DNA from: an uncultured Acetatifactor sp.
GTDB lineage: Bacteria; Bacillota; Clostridia; Lachnospirales; Lachnospiraceae
DNA: 64,000 nucleotides
Direction: 5' to 3'
NCBI GenBank assembly: GCA_904501885.1
Contig: CAJGCP010000003.1
Coordinates: forward strand, 5,182-69,181
Shown here: positions 9,192-17,546 of the stretch, one piece after another
Position numbering within the stretch: position 1 is the first letter of the stretch
How the letters are laid out: the number at the start of each line of letters is the position of its first letter
The notes under the pieces: generated by a model
What the model saw: the letters and a program-made list of their open reading frames with translations, nothing else
What the model was told of the DNA's origin: nothing
Database searches by the model: none
Translations under genes and position numbers: made by a program

Positions 9192-9944
9192 ATGAAATTA
9201 ATTTCATGGAATGTAAACGGATTAAGAGCATGTATGCAGAAAGGATTTCTGGATTTCTTCAACGAAGCAGATGCTGACATTTTCTGCCTGCAGGAAACCA
9301 AGATGCAGGAGGGACAGTTGGATTTGGAATTGCCCGGATATCATCAGTATTGGAATTATGCGGAGAAAAAGGGATACTCCGGCACGGCACTTTTCGCCAA
9401 GCAGGAGCCCATAAGTGTGACCTACGGTATTGGTGTGGAGGAACACGACCATGAAGGCAGAGTGATTACGGCGGAATTTGAAGACTACTATGTGGTCACC
9501 GTGTATGTGCCCAATTCCCAGAGAGAGTTGGCGCGTCTGGACTATCGGTGTCAGTGGGAGGCAGCATTCCTGAATTATATTTTGACCTTGGAAGAGAAAA
9601 AGCCCGTCATCTACTGCGGCGACTTGAATGTGGCACATCAGGAGATCGACCTGAAAAATCCCAGGACCAATCATCAAAATGCAGGATTTACAGATGAAGA
9701 AAGGGCATGCTTTACACAGGTGCTGGAGAGTGGTTATATCGATACCTTCCGTCATTTTTATCCGGATGTGGAGAATGTATATTCCTGGTGGTCCTATATG
9801 TTCCAGGCCAGAAGCAAGAATGTGGGCTGGCGTATTGACTACTTTGTGGCTTCCCGCAAGTTAGAACAGAGACTGAGAGATGCGAAGATCCATACAGACA
9901 TTCTTGGCTCCGATCATTGTCCTGTAGAATTGACGCTTGAATAG
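9192..9944 (+). CDS. xth: exodeoxyribonuclease III (AP endonuclease)
   Basis: [14 protein letters not shown]-terminus, CLQETK, GDLNVAH, SDHCPV. 250 aa. Confidence 0.9.
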   Translation: MKLISWNVNGLRACMQKGFLDFFNEADADIFCLQETKMQEGQLDLELPGYHQYWNYAEKKGYSGTALFAKQEPISVTYGIGVEEHDHEGRVITAEFEDYYVVTVYVPNSQRELARLDYRCQWEAAFLNYILTLEEKKPVIYCGDLNVAHQEIDLKNPRTNHQNAGFTDEERACFTQVLESGYIDTFRHFYPDVENVYSWWSYMFQARSKNVGWRIDYFVASRKLEQRLRDAKIHTDILGSDHCPVELTLE

Positions 9945-9972
9945 ATAACGATACAATAAGAGGTAATTGTAT

Positions 9973-11067
9973 ATGAAAATCCTACTAGAAAATGTGACAA
10001 AAATATTTCCCGGCCGCGGCAAAGGTGCTAAGGAAGTACGCGCCGTGGATAATTTTAATTTTGAAATCCCTGATGGAAAACTGATTGGTTTGTTGGGACC
10101 TTCCGGTTGTGGTAAGAGTACCACGTTAAATTTATTGTCCGGACTCCTTCAGCCCACGGAGGGCAAAATTTTCTTCGGTGAGGACGAAGTGACAAACCTG
10201 CCTGCAGAACACAGAGGCGTGGGATTGGTATTCCAAAATTATGCGCTGTATCCTCATTTGACGGTATTACAGAATATTACCTTCCCCCTGGAAAACCTGA
10301 AAGGGGATGCCAAACTCACCAAAGAAGAACGTGTGAAAAGAGCTACAGAAGCGGCGAAACTGGTACAGATAGAAAATCTGATGGACAGAAAACCCGGAGA
10401 ACTTTCCGGCGGACAGCAGCAGCGTGTGGCCATCGCCAGAGCATTGGTCAAGATGACTAAGGTACTTTTGCTGGACGAGCCCTTATCTAACTTGGACGCC
10501 AGACTTCGTTTGCAGACCAGAGAGGAAATTCGCCGTATCCAGAAGGAAACGGGAATCACCACCATCTTTGTTACCCATGACCAGGAGGAGGCTATGAGCA
10601 TCTCCGATATGATCGTGGTGATGAAGGATGGTTTGGTACATCAGATTGGCAAGCCTCAGGAAGTGTATGACAATCCTACCAACCTTTTCGTGGCAAAGTT
10701 TTTAGGCACTCCCCCCATCAATGTGTTCGCCGGCAAAATCGAGGACGGTGCGCTCTATGTGGGCGAGGACAAATTGTTTGATGTCAGTGTAGATGTAAAA
10801 CCGGGAGATGTGTATGTAGGCATCCGCCCCGAAGGTTTTGTGCTTCAGGCGGACGGACCCTTGCACTGTAGTTTATCTCGCGTGGAAGTGATGGGAAGAG
10901 ATATGAGTGTGGTGGCAGGCCATCCTGCATTTTTGGATGCGTCCATCCGTGCCATCATTGCATCAGAAAACCTGGCAGAGATTTCCGGTGACGCTGTGAA
11001 TTTTGATGTGAAGCCCGGCAAGGTTTTAGTATTTGACAAGGAAACGGAAGAACGGATTCTCATCTAA
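9973..11067 (+). CDS. sugar ABC transporter ATP-binding protein (MalK/MsmX/UgpC type)
   Basis: Walker A GPSGCGKST, signature LSGGQQQR, Walker B LLLDEPLS and a C-terminal regulatory/TOBE-like region. ATG 9973 lies 10 nt after GAGG. Confidence 0.9.
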   Translation: MKILLENVTKIFPGRGKGAKEVRAVDNFNFEIPDGKLIGLLGPSGCGKSTTLNLLSGLLQPTEGKIFFGEDEVTNLPAEHRGVGLVFQNYALYPHLTVLQNITFPLENLKGDAKLTKEERVKRATEAAKLVQIENLMDRKPGELSGGQQQRVAIARALVKMTKVLLLDEPLSNLDARLRLQTREEIRRIQKETGITTIFVTHDQEEAMSISDMIVVMKDGLVHQIGKPQEVYDNPTNLFVAKFLGTPPINVFAGKIEDGALYVGEDKLFDVSVDVKPGDVYVGIRPEGFVLQADGPLHCSLSRVEVMGRDMSVVAGHPAFLDASIRAIIASENLAEISGDAVNFDVKPGKVLVFDKETEERILI

Positions 11068-11091
11068 GTAGCGGAAAGGTAGGACAATAGT

Positions 11092-11982
11092 TTGGAAAAG
11101 AATAACTTAAAAGCATGGTTATACCTTTTGCCTGCCATTTTGTTTTTGGGTATTTTTATGGTGTATCCCCTCATTGATGTTTTTGTTTACTCCTTTGAGG
11201 AGGGGTATAACTCCGCCTCCCAGACATTCTTTGGCATTGGTACATACAATTATTCTTATGTGCTGCGGGACCCTTATTTCCTGCAGGCATTGAAAAATAC
11301 ATTTATTTTGGTGATTATCACCGTGCCCCTTTCCACAGGCATAGCCCTGTTGATTTCATTGGGCTTAAGTTCGATTAAAAAAGTGCGGGAATGGTATCAG
11401 ACCATCTTTTTCCTGCCCTATGTGACCAACACTTTGGCGGTGGGATTGGTGTTCATGATTCTGTTTAAGAAAACACCCTATTCGGATGGTTTGATGAACC
11501 TATTGTTGAGTCTGTTTGGGGTGAGCCCCATTGATTTTATGGATGGTCCTTACTGGGCGAAAATGGTTGTGCTGTGTTTCTACACCGTGTGGGTGGTGAT
11601 GCCCTTTAAAATACTGATTCTCACAAGTGCCCTGGCGTCTGTGAATGAAGATTATTACAAGGCGGCAAAAGTGGATGGCACTTCGGCGTTCCGTACCTTC
11701 AGACGGATTACCCTGCCCATGATTTCCCCCATGCTGTTTTATTTGATCATTACAGGATTCATCGGTGCATTCAAGGCCTACAGCGATGCGGTGGCATTGT
11801 TCGGCACCAACTTAAATGCGGCGGAGATGAACACCATTGTGGGATATATCTACGATATGCTCTACGGCAACAGCGGCGGTTACCCGTCCTATGCTTCCGC
11901 AGCAGCCATCATTCTCTTTGTGATTGTGCTGACCATCACCTGCATCAACCTGTTGCTGAGCAAAAAATACGTGCATTATTAA
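11092..11982 (+). CDS. carbohydrate ABC transporter permease (CUT1, MalF-like)
   Basis: Six-TM pattern. EAA-type loop YYKAAKVDGTSAFRTFRRITLP. Confidence 0.85.
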   Translation: MEKNNLKAWLYLLPAILFLGIFMVYPLIDVFVYSFEEGYNSASQTFFGIGTYNYSYVLRDPYFLQALKNTFILVIITVPLSTGIALLISLGLSSIKKVREWYQTIFFLPYVTNTLAVGLVFMILFKKTPYSDGLMNLLLSLFGVSPIDFMDGPYWAKMVVLCFYTVWVVMPFKILILTSALASVNEDYYKAAKVDGTSAFRTFRRITLPMISPMLFYLIITGFIGAFKAYSDAVALFGTNLNAAEMNTIVGYIYDMLYGNSGGYPSYASAAAIILFVIVLTITCINLLLSKKYVHY

Positions 11983-12001
11983 ACCCGGAAAGGGAAAGGT
12001 T

Positions 12002-12883
12002 TTGAAGATGAAATCTTTGACTGATTATGAAAAAATAGGGAGAAGCAAAAAGCGCCGCCAAGCGGCGGGCAAAACAGTGACCTATGTGCTTTTGAGCATT
12101 TGGGCATTGATTGTGCTGTTCCCCTTTTATTGGATGATTCTATGCTCTGTGAAAAGCTATAGCGCATACAACTCCGAATACATCCCCAAGTTTTTTACTT
12201 TGAGTCCCACGTTCCAAAACTATGTGGACGCTTTTACAGCGGTACCCTTGGCCAAGTATTTTGCAAATACAATTATCTTCACCCTGGCAACTACTGCAAT
12301 TATGTTGGTGGTGATCGTGCTGGCGGCTTTCGCCTTTGCAAGACTGGAGTTCAAGGGAAAGAATCTGCTGTTCACCTTGTTTTTGGCGTTGATGATGATT
12401 CCCAACGAATTGGTGATTATCACCAACTTCGTGACCATCACCAATTGGGATATGCGCAACACCTTTATGGGATTGATTCTGCCCTCCGTGACATCGGTGT
12501 TCTATATTTATCTGTTGAAGGAAAACTTCGAGCAGGTGCCGGAGGAATTGTACAAGGCGGCCAAGGTGGATGGCACTTCGGATTTGAAGTACCTGTGCAA
12601 GGTACTTTTGCCCATCTGCAAGCCTACCGTGACCACCATTACTATTTTGAAAGTGATTGAGTGCTGGAATTCCTATGTATGGCCCAGATTAATTACGGAC
12701 GATGAAAATTATTTTCTGGTGTCCAATGGAATTCAGGAAATCAGAGAAAACGGCTTCGGCCGTGAAAACATTCCTGCTATGATGGCAGCAGTGGTGGTCA
12801 TCTCTGTGCCTTTGATTATTCTCTTTTTAATCTTCCATAAGAAGATTATGGAGGGCGTGTCGAGAGGAGGTACCAAGGGATGA
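12002..12883 (+). CDS. carbohydrate ABC transporter permease (CUT1, MalG-like)
   Basis: EAA loop LYKAAKVDGTSDLKYLCKVLLP. Multi-TM. Confidence 0.85.
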   Translation: MKMKSLTDYEKIGRSKKRRQAAGKTVTYVLLSIWALIVLFPFYWMILCSVKSYSAYNSEYIPKFFTLSPTFQNYVDAFTAVPLAKYFANTIIFTLATTAIMLVVIVLAAFAFARLEFKGKNLLFTLFLALMMIPNELVIITNFVTITNWDMRNTFMGLILPSVTSVFYIYLLKENFEQVPEELYKAAKVDGTSDLKYLCKVLLPICKPTVTTITILKVIECWNSYVWPRLITDDENYFLVSNGIQEIRENGFGRENIPAMMAAVVVISVPLIILFLIFHKKIMEGVSRGGTKG

Positions 12884-14478
12884 AAAAGTTTTGGAAACTT
12901 CTTTTGCCTACCCTATGCCTGACACTTGCCCTGACGGGCTGCCACGGACAGAAGGCGGGCAAAGCCTTTGAAATGCCGGAGAGTTTTGACACTTCGAAGG
13001 AGGTAGAGATTACCTTCTGGGCCAAGAACGATACCAACGTGACTCAGACCAGAATCTATGAAAAGGCAATTGCGGATTTTCAGGCGTTGTACCCCAATGT
13101 GAAAATCAACCTGCGCCTGTACACGGACTACGGACGTATCTACAATGATGTAATCACCAATATCACCACGGGAACTACACCCAATGTGTGTATCACCTAC
13201 CCGGACCACATTGCTACCTATATCACCGGGCAGAATACGGTGGTGCCGCTGGATGCCTTGTTTGCGGATGCAAAGTACGGCTTGGGCGGTACGGAACTAA
13301 AATTCGATGGGCCTACGCAAGAGGAGATTATCCCGAAGTTTTTAGCGGAATGCGTCATCGATGAAAAGCATTATGCGATGCCCTATATGCGTTCCACGGA
13401 AGCTTGCTATATCAATAAGGACTATGTGGAAAAACTAGGGTACGAGATCCCTGATGTGCTGACATGGGACTATATTTGGGAGGTAGCAGACGCTGCGGCG
13501 GCAACGGATGAAGAAGGAAACTACCTGCTGAACGGACAGAAGGTGCTGATTCCTTTTATTTACAAGTCCACCGACAATATGATGATTCAGATGTTGCGCC
13601 AAAGAGGGGCGGGATATTCTACCCCCGATGGCGGCATAGAGATTTTCAACGATACCACCAGGGAATTGCTTTACACCGTGGCGGACCATGTGAGCAAGGG
13701 TGCCTTTTCTACCTTTAAGATTTCCAGTTACCCCGCCAACTTCCTGAATGCAGGGCAGTGCGTATTTGCCATTGATTCCACTGCAGGTGCTACCTGGATG
13801 GGTTCCGATGCTCCTTTGTCGGATATCGCAGAGGATAAGATTGTGCAGTTTGAGACAGTAGTTCGTCCCATTCCTCAATTTACGCCGGAACAGCCGGTGA
13901 TGATTTCTCAGGGACCTTCGGTGTGTATCTTTGACAAGGCAGACCCCCAGGAGGTGTTGGCATCTTGGTTATTTGCACAGTTCTTATTGACGGATGATGT
14001 GCAGATTGCATATGCCCAGACGGAAGGGTATGTACCGGTCACCAGCAAGGCGCGGGAGACAGAAAGTTATCAGAATTATCTGGCGGCAGCAGGTACTGAT
14101 AAGGAGCTGCATTATGATGTAAAGATGGAAGCCACCAAATTACTTTTGGAAAACACGGAGAACACCTTCGTGACGCCGGTATTTAACGGCTCGGCTTCTC
14201 TGCGAGACGCGGCGGGACAGATGATTGAGAACACCACCAAGGCCATTCGTAGAAAGCAAACCGTGGACGAGGCGTTCATGGAGAAACTCTATACAGATGT
14301 GGAAACCCTGTACCGATTGGACCAGTTGGGAGAGAACGGTGTAACTGCCGGAAAACAGGAACTGGGTCCCCTGCCGGATGGGGCCGTAGCACTTTTGTGC
14401 ACATTGACGATAATCTGGTTGTTGATGATAATATATGTGATAAAAAAAGCATTGATTTCTAAGAAAAATGAGTTATAA
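12880..14478 (+). CDS. extracellular solute-binding lipoprotein with an additional C-terminal TM helix
   Basis: Lipobox LALTGC. SBP family 1-like body. C-terminal hydrophobic stretch AVALLCTLTIIWLLMIIYVI followed by KK. Start overlaps the upstream stop (ATGA). Confidence 0.75.
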   Translation: MKKFWKLLLPTLCLTLALTGCHGQKAGKAFEMPESFDTSKEVEITFWAKNDTNVTQTRIYEKAIADFQALYPNVKINLRLYTDYGRIYNDVITNITTGTTPNVCITYPDHIATYITGQNTVVPLDALFADAKYGLGGTELKFDGPTQEEIIPKFLAECVIDEKHYAMPYMRSTEACYINKDYVEKLGYEIPDVLTWDYIWEVADAAAATDEEGNYLLNGQKVLIPFIYKSTDNMMIQMLRQRGAGYSTPDGGIEIFNDTTRELLYTVADHVSKGAFSTFKISSYPANFLNAGQCVFAIDSTAGATWMGSDAPLSDIAEDKIVQFETVVRPIPQFTPEQPVMISQGPSVCIFDKADPQEVLASWLFAQFLLTDDVQIAYAQTEGYVPVTSKARETESYQNYLAAAGTDKELHYDVKMEATKLLLENTENTFVTPVFNGSASLRDAAGQMIENTTKAIRRKQTVDEAFMEKLYTDVETLYRLDQLGENGVTAGKQELGPLPDGAVALLCTLTIIWLLMIIYVIKKALISKKNEL

Positions 14479-14546
14479 TGGAACTGTTAATTTTCAAGAG
14501 GTGGCACCTACCCCATGGGCCACAAAATACAAGGAGGAAAATTAGG

Positions 14547-15359
14547 ATGAAGAAGTTAGTAGCATTGATGGCAGTTCTTGCACTTTCTGTTAGCATGATC
14601 GGTTGTGGTGCAGCAGAGGTTGAGAGCGAAGTGGCAGAGAGCAGCGTAGCTGTAAGCGAAGTTGTAGAGAGCGAAGCAGTAGACGCTCCTGCATTTGAGG
14701 AAGCAAAGTCTGAAGGCGTTATGACCTATGCAGAGTATGTAGCAGCACCTTTGGATAGCGAAGTAGTAATTGAGACTTATGTACAGGCTAAGCAGTCTTG
14801 GTGGGACAACAAGGGTACCTTCTATACCCAGGACGCAGAAGGTGCATACTTCCTGTATGAAATGGCTTGTACCGAAGAAGAGTACAATCAGTTGGTTCCC
14901 GGTACCAAGATTAAAGTAACCGGTTACAAGGCTGAGTGGTCCGGTGAAGTTGAAATCATCGACGCAACCTATGAAATCATGGACGACAATACTTATGTAG
15001 CAGAAGCTAAGGATATCACAGCTTCATTGCAGGCTGATGATCTGATCAAATATCAGAACATCTTTGCAGCATTCAAGGGCATGGTAATCGAGCCTTCCTT
15101 CAATGCTGACGGCGAAGAGGTTCCTTTCCTTTACAAATGGGATGGTTCCGGTCAGGACGGCGACGATTTGTACTTCAATGCTTCTATCAATGAGCAGCCT
15201 TTCAACTTCTGTGTTGAGTCTTATCTGACCGGCGCAGGTACCGATGTTTACGAAGCAGTAAAGGCTTTGGAAATCGGACAGACTGTTGATATGGAAGGTT
15301 TCTTGTACTGGTACGAAGGACCTAACGCTCACATCACTGCAGTTAGCGTTGTTGAATAA
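14547..15359 (+). CDS. lipoprotein of unknown function
   Basis: MKKLVALMAVLALSVSMIGCG lipobox preceded by AAGGAGG. Acidic low-complexity linker, then a ~200-aa domain. The ORF-track N-terminal extension was trimmed. Confidence 0.6.
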   Translation: MKKLVALMAVLALSVSMIGCGAAEVESEVAESSVAVSEVVESEAVDAPAFEEAKSEGVMTYAEYVAAPLDSEVVIETYVQAKQSWWDNKGTFYTQDAEGAYFLYEMACTEEEYNQLVPGTKIKVTGYKAEWSGEVEIIDATYEIMDDNTYVAEAKDITASLQADDLIKYQNIFAAFKGMVIEPSFNADGEEVPFLYKWDGSGQDGDDLYFNASINEQPFNFCVESYLTGAGTDVYEAVKALEIGQTVDMEGFLYWYEGPNAHITAVSVVE

Positions 15360-15382
15360 TTGAAAATAGTGAGTGAATGATG

Positions 15383-15420
15383 AAAGGCAAATGTGGGAAA
15401 CTGCATTTGCCTTTTTGTTT
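15383..15420 (+). terminator. Rho-independent terminator
   Basis: AAAGGCAAATG / CATTTGCCTTT 11-bp stem, then TTTTGTTT. Confidence 0.8.
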
Positions 15421-15424
15421 GTCT

Positions 15425-15490
15425 GCCAATCGTCGGAAAAATATTCGGCCAATCGTTGGGAAAATATTGCCAATAGCGGGAAACAGTGCT
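15425..15490. repeat. three tandem ~22-bp copies of GCCAATCGTCGGAAAAAT-like motif
   Basis: Copies start at 15425, 15448 and 15469. The same motif recurs at 20909 and 20932. Confidence 0.8.
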
Positions 15491-15495
15491 ATACT
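15467..15495 (+). promoter_or_regulatory. sigma-A-type promoter TTGCCA-17-TATACT
   Basis: -35 at 15467-15472 and -10 at 15490-15495 with an exact 17-nt spacer. Confidence 0.55.
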
Positions 15496-15500
15496 GATAT

Positions 15501-15710
15501 CGCCAAACTAACTTAAAAATGTGTGAAATTGGGTGTATTTTTCTATTTATGGGAGAACTACGCTTTTTTGTGTATGCAGTGGATGAATTTGATAAAAACG
15601 CAAATTCTATCACTGTGTATACGGGTACGCCCCATTTCACATGAGTTAGTTTGGCGACTATCGGAGTTTGCGTTTTTTATGCGATCACTTCGGTGGTCGC
15701 ATTTTTTATT
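15501..15710 (+). ncRNA. candidate ~210-nt structured RNA / cis-regulatory leader (class not recognised)
   Basis: The 5' segment CGCCAAACTAACT (15501-15513) is perfectly complementary to AGTTAGTTTGGCG (15644-15656). A second imperfect helix follows (ATGTGTGAAATTGGG / CCCATTTCACAT). The element ends in a UUCG-loop terminator. Confidence 0.4.
15679..15710 (+). terminator. Rho-independent terminator with UUCG tetraloop
   Basis: ATGCGATCAC-TTCG-GTGGTCGCAT (one G-U pair), then TTTTTTA. Confidence 0.75.
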
Positions 15711-15744
15711 TATAAAACGGTTGCAATATCAATGAACGATAGAG

Positions 15745-17511
15745 GTGAAACACTTGATTATAAAGCATAATTTGCTGAAAAAACAAAAAGCAAGAAAAAC
15801 GTCCTCGCTGGTGGATATAGATATATATCATTGGGCGGAGGAACTCTACGACGAACTGGAGAAACAGGGTGTGATTCAGCGCATGAAGGATACTAACCAA
15901 TTAGGGGTTATCCGGGTGGCGAAGCATCTGACAAAGAGCCGGTACGACTACATGCTTTTGCAGTTGTATTTTCACCAACTGATACGTAAAGATACCGCAC
16001 TACAGTCTTCTCTGGAATATACCTACGGGAGTTATGTCAGGGCATCTGAGTTTCATCGTGAACTGGATTATATAGACAAACAGAAAATAACGGTTGGTGA
16101 TTTACTTCAAATACTAACCATTTCATACAATATAGGACATTTTTATAACACCTTTGTATCCTCGAAGGCGGCAGTCACGTTCGCCGGAATAAATCCGGAT
16201 TTCAAGCGGACGATAGTAGAGTCCTTTGACAGAACGGACGGACAAAGTCTGGCGCAACATATACTGGAAGAAAAGAGTTATCTGCGCTACCATTTGCTGA
16301 ATTCGCTGTTTATTTTAGAACGCTGTGACCAAAGTAAGACTTCCGTTCGACTGGCACAGGATTTGATTTATACATATGTAAATGAGAAGAGCCTGGCCCC
16401 TGATAGCAAACTTCGTTATGTGTTGAGGCTATATAGAAATGTTCGCAACATTGCATTTCTATCCTATGACTTTCAAATCGCACCGACGCCGATTACCATC
16501 GACTTGTGCGATTCACAATCTATTTTGCTGTTGTTTCATGAATTGTTATCCATATACAACGATAACAGCTCCACGAGGCGGTTGCTGAATTCCATGAACA
16601 AGCTTCTTAATGATACGGTATATAACGAGGAATCTAACACCATTTGTTATCAAATGATCACGGATAGAATGGTGAGCGAACTAAGACAGGTTTCCACGTG
16701 GGATAAAGATATCTACTACTCGATGATGGGAAGCAAGGAAAGCATCTTTAACCGTGATTATGCTCAAAGCAGAAGATATGTATCGGAGGGATTTCTAAAG
16801 TTAACATTCCGGAAAGAACACAGGGAGATTTCTCGGGCACTGTTTTCCAGATTGAATCACATGCAGTATGTTCGCGTGGGATACTATGACCGCAATAGCG
16901 GGGAGCAGACGATTGTAGTATCGCTGAGCAATCAGTGCAAGAAAAAAACACAGGTTGCCTTTCGAGTGTTAGGAGTTGTTACGAACCTATTGCGTACGGT
17001 TCCGGACATTATGAATAATGACCCTCGGTATTTATTGACAACGAAGTTTTACCTGTTTTATCTATGCGGTCAACGACAGATACACATTAAGCCGACCGTT
17101 AGTTCGCAGAATTGCGTGCTATGCACTAAGGGTAAGTCTCAACGGATTCTGTCAATCAATAAAGTGCTCAGGGAAAACGAGGGCGACGAAGACCAGATTC
17201 ACGAGGTGGAGCACTTGCGTTGGGTACTGCAAAAAGATACGAAAAATGATGTATGCATCACCCTTCCGTCCAGTATTTTGGTTTGTGGGAATGGCAATGA
17301 AGACAAAACCTTTTGCGAGTTTGACGGCATGATTATCTATCCAAACAGGACGTCTAACCAGACTGTTTTCTTGGAAGCCAAAAACACCAAGGTAAAACCC
17401 ACATATGGAAAGAAATGTCTGATAGACAAACTGCGGAAATTGAACATCCAATTTGAGGAAGAAGATATAGAAATAAATAAAAAAGACGCAATGCTTTTCT
17501 GGTCTGTGTAG
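15745..17511 (+). CDS. orphan 588-aa cytoplasmic protein: degenerate HD-like N-terminal region + C-terminal PD-(D/E)xK nuclease-like motif
   Basis: No TM or signal peptide. FDGMIIYP..(16 aa)..VFLEAKN gives D527 (nt 17323-25), E544 (17374-76) and K546 (17380-82). The start may instead be TTG 15754, 6 nt after GAGGTG. Confidence 0.55.
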   Translation: MKHLIIKHNLLKKQKARKTSSLVDIDIYHWAEELYDELEKQGVIQRMKDTNQLGVIRVAKHLTKSRYDYMLLQLYFHQLIRKDTALQSSLEYTYGSYVRASEFHRELDYIDKQKITVGDLLQILTISYNIGHFYNTFVSSKAAVTFAGINPDFKRTIVESFDRTDGQSLAQHILEEKSYLRYHLLNSLFILERCDQSKTSVRLAQDLIYTYVNEKSLAPDSKLRYVLRLYRNVRNIAFLSYDFQIAPTPITIDLCDSQSILLLFHELLSIYNDNSSTRRLLNSMNKLLNDTVYNEESNTICYQMITDRMVSELRQVSTWDKDIYYSMMGSKESIFNRDYAQSRRYVSEGFLKLTFRKEHREISRALFSRLNHMQYVRVGYYDRNSGEQTIVVSLSNQCKKKTQVAFRVLGVVTNLLRTVPDIMNNDPRYLLTTKFYLFYLCGQRQIHIKPTVSSQNCVLCTKGKSQRILSINKVLRENEGDEDQIHEVEHLRWVLQKDTKNDVCITLPSSILVCGNGNEDKTFCEFDGMIIYPNRTSNQTVFLEAKNTKVKPTYGKKCLIDKLRKLNIQFEEEDIEINKKDAMLFWSV

Positions 17512-17546
17512 AGAAGAATGCGAGAAAATTTCTGAAGGAATGAATT

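Noticed and set aside
15501-15656. Invertible promoter switch (inverton) bounded by the 13-bp inverted repeat.
   Set aside because: No recombinase or invertase gene lies nearby. The arms sit exactly between a promoter and a terminator, which is explained more simply by an RNA closing helix. This is not fully excluded without read-orientation data.
15523-15735. 70-aa ORF in the supplied track, inside the candidate RNA.
   Set aside because: It has a GTG start without an RBS. It reads straight through both helices and the UUCG terminator, and its composition is implausibly hydrophobic and aromatic. It is most likely non-coding.
15467-17511. Retron (ncRNA with terminal inverted repeats followed by an effector).
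   Set aside because: The downstream 588-aa protein has no reverse-transcriptase motifs (no YxDD-type box or finger/palm pattern that I can see).
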